NCBI RefSeq assembly: GCF_963921235.1
Contig: NC_086104.1
Span: 114,886,001-114,950,000 of the forward strand
DNA length: 64,000 nucleotides
Reading direction: 5' to 3'
Origin: Mobula hypostoma
Lineage: Eukaryota
The notes beneath the pieces are model-generated. The model worked only from the letters and a program-made list of their open reading frames with translations, was not told the DNA's origin and made no database searches. A program made the position numbers and the translations under genes. Shown one piece after another: positions 35,301-43,827 of this stretch (its first letter is position 1; every line of letters starts with the position of its first letter).

Positions 35301-38300
35301 TACTTAAGAGGAAGAGGGCAAATTTCTTCACTCAGAGGAATGAGCTACCAGGTGAAGTAGTGGATGTGGGTTTAATTTGAACATTTAAGAGAAGTATGGA
35401 TAAGTCCATGGATGGGAGGGGTATGGAGGGCGATGTGTAGGCCCATGGGAATAGGCAGAATAATAGTTTAGCATGGACTCGATGGGCCAAAGGGCTCGTT
35501 TCTATGCTGTAATGGTGTCTATTTCATGTTTTCCATGGTTTACTCTATTCACCACACTTTGCCCATACTCTACCTTTATGCTTTGTGTCCTCCTCTTCAG
35601 AAGTTAATTTTCTTCTTTGGAGTCTTCTGAAAGATTTGCAACCATATCTTTGTTTTCTTTACCTATCCCTGTGTACACTTGCATTCCATTTCGTCAATCA
35701 GTAAAAATCCCATTTACCTTGTTACCTAGCCAATGCTCTGCCTGTAATATCTTCAATAATAGCTTCCACTATTTTCCCTAATGTGTACTCTCCCACTGTC
35801 TTCCCTGTTGTTTGAGAGAAAAAAAACCTTTGCAACATTCCAATCTTATGCAACCTTTCTCAATGTTGGTGAACTGTGGAAAATTAAAACCAAAACAACA
35901 GCTTTCTGCTGTCAAAACCCAAGGATGAGGTGCTTCAGAACAGACAGAGTTTCCCTCACATTCAGCCTGGGCACCTTCAACAGACAAGGCTAGGTAGATG
36001 ACACAGCTCCCTGTTCAGGCAGCACTGGCTCAGAGTCTCTGCAATATACATTTAGCAATTATCACAACAAATGGAGACAATTTGCACTGAAACCCCTCAC
36101 CTACCTCTCTCTGCGAGGATTTTGAACAAAATAGTGGGATTTATGGAGGAAGTGAGATCAAAGTTGGAAAAGATTGCTAAAGCAAAAAGTAGAAATAAGT
36201 CACAAAACAGATGTGTAAACATAGAAAAGGAGAAACAGATTGTGACAGGAAATGACAGAGTAAATGCACCAGAGGGCTGGTGTTACACAAATCTAAAGGC
36301 CTTGCAGTTGAATGTGCAGAGTATTGGTTTATTATTGTCACTTGAAAAGCTTGTATATACAGAGCATTACACAGTGCATTGAGGTAGAACAAGGCAAAAA
36401 TATAACAATGCAGAATAAAGAGCAACAGTTACAGAGAAAGTGCAGTGCAGGTAAATAACTTACTGCAGGATCAAAACAAAGTAGCTGAGGTCAACAGTCC
36501 ATCCTATCATTCAAGAGTCTGACAACAACTGAAGACTGGTGTACATGCTTTCAGGTTTATGCAGTGTTTGAACTGTGACTATGTGATGTTGAGGAACTGC
36601 AGGAAGCTTGGAAAAGCTGGAGGGTGGGTCTGCTCACTTATTATGATTTTAGATGGCAAAGGAGAAGCAAATTAACAATCAGAATCAGGTTTATTGTCAC
36701 CGGCATGAGTCATGAAATTTGTTAACAGTAGCAGCATTACTATGCAATACATAATATAGAAAAAAAATTGGTAAATAAGAGTGTATATATATTCATGGGT
36801 TCAATGTTCCTTTAGGAATTGGATTGCAGAGGGGAAGAAGCTGTTCCTGAATCGCTAAGTGTGTGCCTTCAGGCTTCTGCACCTCCTTCCTGACATTAAC
36901 AGTAAGAAGGCACGCCCTGGGGGATGGGTCCTTAATAATGGATGCCACCTTTCTCTGAGGCACCGCTCCTTGAAGACGTCTTAGATTACGGAGGCTAGAA
37001 CCCAAAATGGAGCTGACTAATATTACAACTTTCTGTAGGTTCTTTCAGTCCTGTACAGTAGCACCCACCCATACCAGACAGTGATGTGGCCTGTCAGAAT
37101 GCTTTCCATGGTATATCTATTGAAATTTGACTGTTTTAGCTGATAAACAAAATCTCTTCAACTCCTAATGAAATATAGCCGCTGTCTTGCCTTCTTTATA
37201 GCTGCATCAATATGTTGGGACCAGGTCAGATCCTCAGAGATCTTGAAACCTAGGAACTTGAAGTTGCTCTCTCTCTCTCTCCACTCTGATCCCTCTATGA
37301 GGATTGGTTCATGTTTCCTCATCTTATCCTTCACAATCAGCTCTTTCATCTTACTGACATTGATTGCAAGGTTATTGGTACGACACCACTCAACTAGCTA
37401 GCATATTTCGCTCCTGTATGCTCTCGCGTCTCCATCTGAGATTCTAGGAATAATGGTAGCATCATCAGCAAATTTATCAATGGCATTTGAGTCACACAGT
37501 CATGAGTATCAAGAGAGAACAGTGGGCCCTTGGGTGTGTCAGTGATGGTCATCACTGAGGAGGAGATATTATTAGCAATCCACACAGATTGTGGTCAAGA
37601 ATCCACTTGCAGAGAGAGGGACAGAAGCCCAGGTTCTGTAGCTTATCGATCAGAACTGTGTGAATTATGGTGTTGAATGCTAAGCTATAGCCAACATAAA
37701 AGCATTGTGACAGAGGTGTGTGCATTGTCCAGGTGATCTAAGGCCATGTGAAGAGCCATTGAGATCGTTCCTGCCATAGACCTATTGTGGTGATAGGTAA
37801 ATTACAGAGAGTCTTGAGCACTGATATAATTGTTGCCTTTTTTTGAAGAGGCTGGGAAGATCCAATTATGTAATATAAACCTACAAAATTAACGTTGTTT
37901 TGTGTAAAATAAGCCAACCAATAAAAACAATATAGAAAATATATCAATAAGTTTAAAAGAATGCAGAGAAAATCGACAGGACTTGTGGACTTCCTGAACT
38001 TTATTCCCTGGAATACAGGAGAATGAGGGGAGATCATATAGACGTATACAAAGTAATGAGGGATGCAGATCGGGTGTATCCATGCATGTTTTTTGGTTGG
38101 GTGAGACTACAACTGGAGGCCAATGCTTCAGGGTGAAAGGTGAAATATTTAAGAGAAATCTGAAGAAGAACGTCTTCCCTCAGAAGGTGGTGTAAGCGTG
38201 AAAAGAGCTGCCAACAGAAGTGGTGTATGGGGGCTGAATTGCAGCATATAGGGGAGGTTTGGATAAGTTAATTGTTGTGAGGTGAACAGACAACTGTGTT

Positions 38301-40264
38301 TCAGAACCAGACAGGCGTGACTCGGCACAGGGTGAACTAAATGGACAGTTTCTGTGCTTAATGTCCAGTGACTGTATTAGCATAAATAGGTCATTTTGTC
38401 TAGATGGTAATGTGTGATGTGCTGGGACTTACATTTTATTTTAACCTTAAAAATGATGATTGCAAGATGGGCTGCTGTGTTTGGTGATAGACAGGAAATT
38501 GAGCTGTGAAGTGGACAGAATGTTGCAGGGTTTTGACTAGAAATGTTAAAAATCCCTTTCCTGCCACATATGCCGCTTGACCCTCTGCATTGCTGCACTA
38601 TATTGTTTGCTGTTCCCATACCAGCATTAATGGAGCCCACCCACACTGGGAAGCAGGCTCAGACATCCTGAGGAAATAAACGGTGCTGTAAAAATGTTGT
38701 CCATCTGTAACTTAGTTTATAACAGAGAGAAGTGAAGGAGATAACATGATAGCATAGACAGTGAATTGGAGATTGTGTTAGAACTGATGGAGGCACAACA
38801 AAGTCACTGATAATCCCATTCTGCATTAATGATTTGTGAATTGTGTTACTGGGAAAGCAGCACAGTTTGGCTATTTCTCCCTGACTGCTGAGTGTCTGTC
38901 ATTATATAATTAGACAAAACACTTACCATCAACACGTAGTTGTGTTATGGTGGAGTAGCTATAGCGATCCAGGTCTTTAAATTCAATTCTGAAGTGATAA
39001 GGACCTTCATCTTCCTGTGTAACATTGTTTATATTCAAGGAACAGTTCTTGTCATTCAGGTTTCCAGAGAGCCAGGTCCGATGGTGATACTTTGGCATTA
39101 TATGACTGCTATTCTTGGAATGAAAGGCTATCTGTGACCATGAAAACAGGTTATTTGAGTTAAACCAGATTCCCACCCGCTGGTCATTTGCCAGACGTGA
39201 TGGATAGCTGTATTGACACCGAATGTGTGCACACAGGCCCTTCCGCACTGTAACTTCTTGTTGAATGTCGGCTGTCCATTCCTCTGACACTACAACTGAG
39301 GAGAGATTATGAATATTAAGCAACAAGACAGTATTGAAGAAGATCCTCAGTGTTGACAGAGTTACACTGCTGTTGGTGTGTACTCAGAGTACTGCAGAAT
39401 TCTTGGTAAGCACTATGCAGTAATGGTGGTAATACTGAAGGAGTTTACACAGACACAAGAACAATGCCAGCAATACTCCACTATCAGCACTGCAAATCTG
39501 GAGACCCCACATAAGGCAGCTTGGTAGCGTATTGGTCAGCAAAATGCTTTACAGTACAAGCCAGATGGGTTCAATTCGTGCTGCTGCCTGTAAGAAGTTT
39601 ATACATTTGCCCCATGACCACGTCCTCCCAAAGACATACCGGTTCATAGATCATTGTAAATTGCCCCTTGATAGACTAGGATTAAATCATGAGATTGCTG
39701 GGTGGCCTCTGGACAACTGTAGGTTCCAAGTACTGTTGGATTTCTGTACAATCAGAATGGCTGCAATGTGGGAGTACTAAAGGAGCATTAAAGGAGCACT
39801 AATCAGAATGGCAACAATGTGTTTGTACTGAAGGAGCATTAAAGAAGCACTAATCAGAATGGCAGCAATGTGGGAGTACTAAAGGAGCATTAAAGGAGCA
39901 CTAATCAGAATGGCAACAATGTGTGTGTACTGAAGGAGCATTAAAGAAGCACTAATCAGAATGGCAGCAATGTGGGAGTACTAAAGGAGCATTAAAGGAG
40001 CACTAATCAGAATGGCAACAATGTGTGTGTACTGAAGGAGCACTAATCAGAATGGCAGCAATGTGGGAGTACTAAAGGAGCATTAAAGGAGCACTACTCA
40101 GATTGGCAACAATGTGTGTGTACTGAAGGATATTTAAGGGAGCGCTAATCTGTTAACCTCTATCAAAATTAGTTTCCATCCCAACTCATTGACAGTTAAT
40201 CAGCTGAGCTGCTGTTGCTGGTACCTTGCAGAATTGATAGGAGAAAATACCACTTTCCAATCAT
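5205..40264 (-). CDS. Joined model: Siglec/MAG-like type I membrane receptor, leader-V-V-V-V-C2-TM (~628 codons to the end of the TM exon; tail unresolved)
   Basis: Seven exons (40+369+345+360+357+294+121 nt) with canonical AG/GT and phase-1 junctions give one open frame. I found only one leader, one C2 and one TM exon in the interval. Joining is inferred; no transcript evidence. Confidence 0.65.
5420..5680. repeat. 57-bp tandem repeat (~4 units), resuming at 6887-6990 beyond the hAT insertion
   Basis: CTGAGGGA at 5493, 5550 and 5607; the same unit continues right of the transposon. Confidence 0.8.
5681..6886 (+). mobile_element. Non-autonomous hAT (Charlie-like) DNA transposon with a remnant of the transposase C-terminal dimerisation domain
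   Basis: 15-bp TIRs CAGCTGTCCCCAACC / GGTTGGGGACCCCTG (2 mismatches); 8-bp TSD CCAGAGAG / CCATAGAG. + frame at ~5870-6130 reads [47 protein letters not shown] ... KLRNRLD. Confidence 0.88.
6270..6475 (-). mobile_element. CR1 3'-end fragment inside the hAT
   Basis: Reverse complement resembles the CR1 3'UTR/tail seen in other copies here (GATGGCCTGTTTCCATTCTGTAATTG...). Confidence 0.5.
7260..7553 (-). CDS. C2-set Ig exon of the Siglec-like gene
   Basis: ttctctgtgttAG acceptor, GTAAGT donor, 294 nt, phase 1-1. [38 protein letters not shown]...[10 protein letters not shown]...TVTLTVR has the Siglec domain-2 Cx5C and LTCRV motifs. Confidence 0.92.
7915..8271 (-). CDS. Siglec-type V-set exon, type B copy 2 (Arg->Lys)
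   Basis: ctctgtgcAG / GTGAGT, 357 nt, phase 1-1; [27 protein letters not shown] motifs. Confidence 0.92.
8575..23010. repeat. ~14.4-kb intronic satellite of 32-bp units (consensus TCTCTCAGTATCTCCCCTCTGACAGTGTGGTG), roughly 450 units, with higher-order blocks
   Basis: Continuous 32-bp periodicity; near-exact internal duplications with 776-bp and 260-bp offsets. Confidence 0.96.
23335..23525. mobile_element. Degenerate palindromic Penelope terminal remnant
   Basis: Inverted arms resembling the Penelope 3' terminus; eroded hammerhead CTGATGAAGGCTCTCAGGCCAAAAC. Confidence 0.5.
23757..24116 (-). CDS. Siglec-type V-set exon, type A copy 2 (Arg retained)
   Basis: tttttcatctgtAG / GTAAGT, 360 nt, phase 1-1; [28 protein letters not shown]. 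Confidence 0.92.
24770..25114 (-). CDS. Siglec-type V-set exon, type B copy 1 (Arg->Lys)
   Basis: tttccctctcggctatAG / GTGAGT, 345 nt, phase 1-1; [25 protein letters not shown]. Confidence 0.9.
25435..26380 (+). mobile_element. Degraded CR1 LINE reverse-transcriptase fragment
   Basis: Broken RT motifs (MDFSKAFDK; [13 protein letters not shown]) with stops and deletions. Confidence 0.8.
29441..30887 (+). mobile_element. Penelope-like retroelement 3' part (RT thumb, GIY-YIG endonuclease, 3'UTR with hammerhead)
   Basis: [47 protein letters not shown] motifs; one frameshift near 30000; flanked by duplicated TCACTATA(G). Confidence 0.93.
30792..30829 (+). ncRNA. Minimal type I hammerhead ribozyme (Penelope-associated), core intact
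   Basis: TAGTC-CTGACGA-A-GGGT CTTG GCCC-GAAA-C-GTC-GACTG: CUGANGA and GAAA core, stem II, 5-bp stem I (TAGTC/GACTG), palindromic ACGT stem III, predicted cut after C30824. Confidence 0.8.
31400..33828 (+). mobile_element. 5'-truncated CR1 LINE (RT to 3' tail), interrupted by a solo LTR
   Basis: [49 protein letters not shown]; TTCTATGT-type 3' tail at ~33810-33828. Confidence 0.9.
32328..32945. mobile_element. Probable solo LTR (second family)
   Basis: 618 bp with inverted termini TGTAAC...GTTACA; flanks TGTA / TGTG (4-bp TSD, 1 mismatch); removing it restores the CR1 sequence; internal tandem repeats at 32330-32450. Confidence 0.7.
33830..34838 (+). mobile_element. CR1 LINE 3' fragment
   Basis: [26 protein letters not shown]; CR1 3'UTR. 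Confidence 0.85.
34839..35530 (+). mobile_element. CR1 3' fragment interrupted by a SINE
   Basis: [11 protein letters not shown], then NFFTQR and a CR1 3'UTR after the SINE. Confidence 0.7.
34949..35201 (+). mobile_element. tRNA-derived SINE
   Basis: A box TGGCAGAGTGG (34959), B box GTTCGAATCC (35004), T-run end, 13-bp TSD TATATTATGAGGG (34936-34948 / 35202-35214). Confidence 0.85.
36678..37815 (-). mobile_element. Rex/L2-type LINE 3' fragment
   Basis: Minus strand [50 protein letters not shown]; AATAAACCTGATTCTGATT tail. Confidence 0.8.
37990..38270 (+). mobile_element. Degraded CR1 3' fragment
   Basis: Similar to the CR1 3' ends at 35200-35450 and 61655-62070. Confidence 0.55.
38927..39295 (-). 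CDS. Siglec-type V-set exon, type A copy 1 (N-terminal domain, Arg retained)
   Basis: aatctctcctcAG acceptor (in-frame alternative AG 6 nt further, start 39289), GTAAGT donor, phase 1-1; [31 protein letters not shown]. Confidence 0.92.
39516..39745 (+). mobile_element. Degenerate HE1-like tRNA-derived SINE
   Basis: A-box-like TGGTAGCGTATTGG, B-box-like GGTTCAATTC; body similar to the SINE at 63575-63860. The family name is from memory. Confidence 0.5.
39750..40150. repeat. 51-bp minisatellite, 8 units alternating between two variants (102-bp dimer)
   Basis: AATCAGAATGG at 39750, 39801, 39852, 39903, 39954 and 40005, then one shortened unit; GCAGCAATGTGGGAG alternates with GCAACAATGTGTGTG. 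Confidence 0.92.
40225..40264 (-). CDS. Signal-peptide (leader) exon of the Siglec-like gene (absent from the ORF track)
   Basis: gcacgATG (A at -3), [13 protein letters not shown], donor CAAG|GTACCA phase 1. Joined to the next exon it gives [20 protein letters not shown]. An acceptor-like tgttctcttttAG at 40307-40309 hints at an upstream non-coding exon. Confidence 0.72.
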
Positions 40265-40369
40265 CGTGCAATCCCAGGTATTCTGTCCGTTTCCTGCTCT
40301 CAGGGTCTAAAAGAGAACACAGTTAGTGAGACCCCTTCTCCTGCCTGGCAGCTTTGGCAGAGCTTTAAA

Positions 40370-40549
40370 AACGCAAACACGAGGAATTCTACAGATGCTG
40401 GAAATTCAAGCAGCACACATCAAAGTTGCTGGTGAATGCAGCAGGCCAGGCAGCATCCCTAGGAAGAGGTACAGTCGACATTTCGGGCTGAGACCCTTCG
40501 TCAGATTGCCTGGCCTGCTGTGTTCACCAGTAACTTTGATGTGTGTTGA
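40370..40549. mobile_element. Short palindromic Penelope terminal element with a degenerate hammerhead on the minus strand
   Basis: 42-bp inverted arms (40411-40452 / 40507-40548); flanks CAGAGCTTTAAA / CAGAGTTTTAAA. Confidence 0.8.
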
Positions 40550-40911
40550 CAGAGTTTTAAACCATTTGTGGACAAAATCTTTGTGGATCACTTTAATCAA
40601 CTGTGTGAAGGGTGGTTCTCTGCCCTGAGGCTGAGAAGGAGACAAGCATTCGGCCAAACCTTTTAACAGCCTGAGAAACTCACACCATTCGTTGAAAGAA
40701 TGTCACACCATACTATCTGTTTTGAAAGACAGCAGACAATCTGTAAAATTTACGTTGATACATTCACCAAAACCAAGGAGGATCATGCTCGGTGGTGGGG
40801 GGAGGAGTGGTGCTGTTGCTTTTTTACTGGTGGGGAAGCGGGGGGGTAGTTGTCGCTTTGCTGCTGCTTATGCATGAGAGGGCAGAGCTGGGGGTGTTTT
40901 GTGGTTCTAAC

Positions 40912-41749
40912 TGTTACGTGCTCAAGGAGATCTGTTCTTTGTGTGAGAATGCTGTAATGGTCTTTTGGAGGTCACCTGATGTGATTTTCCCGCCGATGTG
41001 AGGTCACGTGATAACATGTGCCCCCGTGACTATATAAGGGTCGACCCAGGTGACGCAGTTAGTTTTTGAGTTTGTAGATTTCCAGGTAGAACGTGTTGTG
41101 CCTCCATTTCTGTTGCGTGTTTGTTTTTGTGACACAGTTTCATTTTTAAAACGGAAGGTGCATTCTCTTACAAGATATTGTATAATTGGACTGGGAATTT
41201 GTGGCTGGAAGTGCCAATCTACTCAATTCCAACAGTTGAAGGGAGAGTGAAGGATCGAAGGATCAAGAGAAGTCGGCATCGTTTGGCAGTTTAATAAAGA
41301 ATCAACCTTATTGAGTCTTCATTGGAGAGAACCTGCATCGAGATAACTCTTGCAAAAGGGCAATGAGTTCATGCAAAAAGGTGCTCTCTCTCTCTAAAGG
41401 AATTTAAAGTCAGTTGATTTACACTGTTTATTTTCGGCATCGTGAATCCTGTGGACAGAACCAGCAGTAAAGGTGCATCTGTGAAGAAATCTTTCTCCAG
41501 AGAAGTCTCTCCCAATTGAATGTGTAAAACGGTTGGACTTTCAAAGTTATCACTGAAAGAACTGTTTTCGCATTTAACGCTTTAAGAACCAGAGCCGAGT
41601 GGAGTTGGTGAACAGTTGTGTACCTGTTAACCTCCGGTTAAAGTTTTCCTTTGTTTTTTTTCCTTATCATTTATACGTGCTTAATAAATGTTTGGTTGTT
41701 TTTATATAGCTTGTCTCCATTAATATTCATTTTTTCCGGTTACGTAACA
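40912..41749 (+). mobile_element. Solo LTR (third family)
   Basis: 838 bp, TGTTACG...CGTAACA, perfect 5-bp TSD CTAAC, TATATAA at 41031, AATAAA at 41683. Confidence 0.88.
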
Positions 41750-42949
41750 CTAACATTTAACTGTCATTCATTCTTTGGGGAACTTCTCTGTTTTTGTGGA
41801 TGTTTGTGAAGAAAAAGAATTTCAGGATGGATATTGTATATATTTCTCTGACATTAAATGTACTTACTGAAAGTTGGTAAGACACTTTCCTGCCCTGCAC
41901 AAAGCCTCTCTCCTCATTACTCTCTCTCTCCCTGTTCTCCCTCATTAGGTCATGGGTTTCCAAACGCTCATACTGTATACCCTATCCCTAAGAATTTTCT
42001 CCAGTAATTTCCCTACAACTGATGCAAGCCTTATTCCCTGACTAGCTGCCAGTGACTAGTGGTGTTCCACAGGGTCTGTGTGGGACTGATTCTTTTTACA
42101 TTATATGTCAGTGATTTGGATGATGGAATTGATTGTTTTGTTGCAAAGTTTGCAGACAATATTGTGACAAAAGACCAAGACGAGAGAGATTAACAAAAAG
42201 AGACACAGTTCTGAGTATTGACAGACCGGTTGCTTTGAACCTGAACTGTTTGAAGTTTGATGGACAGGCGATACCCCAGCAGGGGAATAAAAGGAACAGG
42301 TTCGCTAAGGCAAGGAAAACACCACAACACCACGAGATAACGAGACCCTGGAAGTGCGTTGTGCCCACCCCCCCCCCCACAAGTTGGTGGAGGTTTTGGA
42401 GGTCTGGTCGCGGGACCAACCATAGATGCACAGGGTGAAAAGGTACGATCGGCGGGAACCTGGTGTGTGTGTCCGCCCTTGCCTGGGTGCCGGGTTCACC
42501 GCAGAAGAACGTTCGTATCCGGAATGGAGGGGTCACAGTCGGTGACCTCAGAAGACATTACAAAGGGCTTGCCCGAAAGCTAACTGCGAGGAATATCAAA
42601 GGTCTGTTTGAATCCGATTTGAATATCATCATTCGCTCTCCCTCTCTCTCTCCGCAACGGCACAACAGCAATTACTGTGAACTGAACTAAACTGAACTGA
42701 ATTCTGCATCACTTGAGACTGATCATTTTACTCCTAGACTGCGATAGAGCTTGGTTGATTCCTATTATCCTAGTTCTGTGTACATGTGTGTTTTATCATT
42801 GCTAACCTGTTGCATTTATATCCTTACTATTAGAGTACTGTGTTACTTATTTCTTTAATAAAACTTTCTTAGTTCCAGTAATCCAGACTCTAACTAAGTG
42901 ATCCATTTCTGCTGGTTTGGCAACCCAGTTATGGGGTACGTAACATAAG

Positions 42950-42975
42950 TGGGGTTCTCATCCAGGATTTTGAAC
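42950..42975 (+). promoter_or_regulatory. Primer-binding site, degenerate match to the tRNA-Pro 3' end
   Basis: TGGGGTTCTCATCCAGGATTTTGAAC versus the tRNA-Pro complement TGGGGGCTCGTCCGGGATTTGAAC, 4 nt after the 5' LTR. Confidence 0.7.
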
Positions 42976-43044
42976 GCTAACTTTGGGACGGGGTAAATTG
43001 ATTGGGTTAAAATTCCCTAAAGAAAGGAAAGGCAAACAGCAGAA

Positions 43045-43694
43045 ATGGAGATTGAGGAATTTCTAAAGGCGCCGACCTTGGAGGCATTAGAGGATGCCAG
43101 GAAAGCAGAATTGGCAGCTGTGGCCAAACGGTTGAATCTTTTTAAGGGGAAGTTGGCTTTGTCCGCAGAAGATGCCCAGAGGTATGAGGTGGTGAAAGAG
43201 GCCATCCTCAGGATTTATGAGTTGGTCCCGGAGGCATACCGGCAGAGGTTCCGGAATGCGAGGAAGCAGTGGGACCGCACGTATTTGGAGTTTGCCCGTG
43301 CGATGCAGACATATTGTGAGCGTTGGTGCGCCTCGAAAGGGGTCAATGGGGATTACGACAGACTGCTACAGCTCATCCTGATTGAGCAGTTTAAAGGTTG
43401 TGTCCCTGAGGGTATGAGACCCTACCTCGATGAGAAAGAGGCAGACACTTTAGCCGCAACTGCTAAGCTAGCGGATGAGTACGCGTTGACAAATAAAATG
43501 AAGTTTACCTCGAGTAAAGGCTACCAGAAGGGTAGTCAGGACGGCGGGGAGAGTCCGCCAGAAAAGTCAGAAAGTAAGCCGTGGACTAGTGAGAAGGAGA
43601 GAAGGATAAGGTAGACAGGGAGCAATTTGGTAGGACGTCTCCTGGGGTCGTATGCTTTAATTGTGGGAAAGTCGGACACTTTGCGTCCAGGTGC
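43045..43694 (+). pseudogene. Gypsy gag remnant with SCAN-like capsid domain and frameshifted CCHC zinc knuckle
   Basis: YEVVKEAILRIYELVPEAYRQRFR...LLQLILIEQFKGCVP...YLDEK; CFNCGKVGHFASRC at 43653-43694 in another frame. Confidence 0.85.
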
Positions 43695-43827
43695 TTTGCC
43701 CCAAAGAAGGAGACGGGAAAAGGGAAAACGACGGTTCTGACTAGCTGTATTGAGCTGGTAAGCAAACCACTAGGAGAAGAGGTCTGATAAAGTTCAGGAA
43801 GGGCGCGAGAAGTTTATCTCGGCTGGA

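Noticed and set aside
36071-36382. 103-aa + strand ORF
   Set aside because: Ends in [11 protein letters not shown], resembling a CR1 ORF2 start remnant; no other gene evidence.
39449-39512. Alternative leader exon [21 protein letters not shown]
   Set aside because: Weak donor (T|GTAAAC), abuts a SINE, and has an atypical n-region; the exon at 40225-40264 has a better start context, donor and signal-peptide shape. Not fully excluded.
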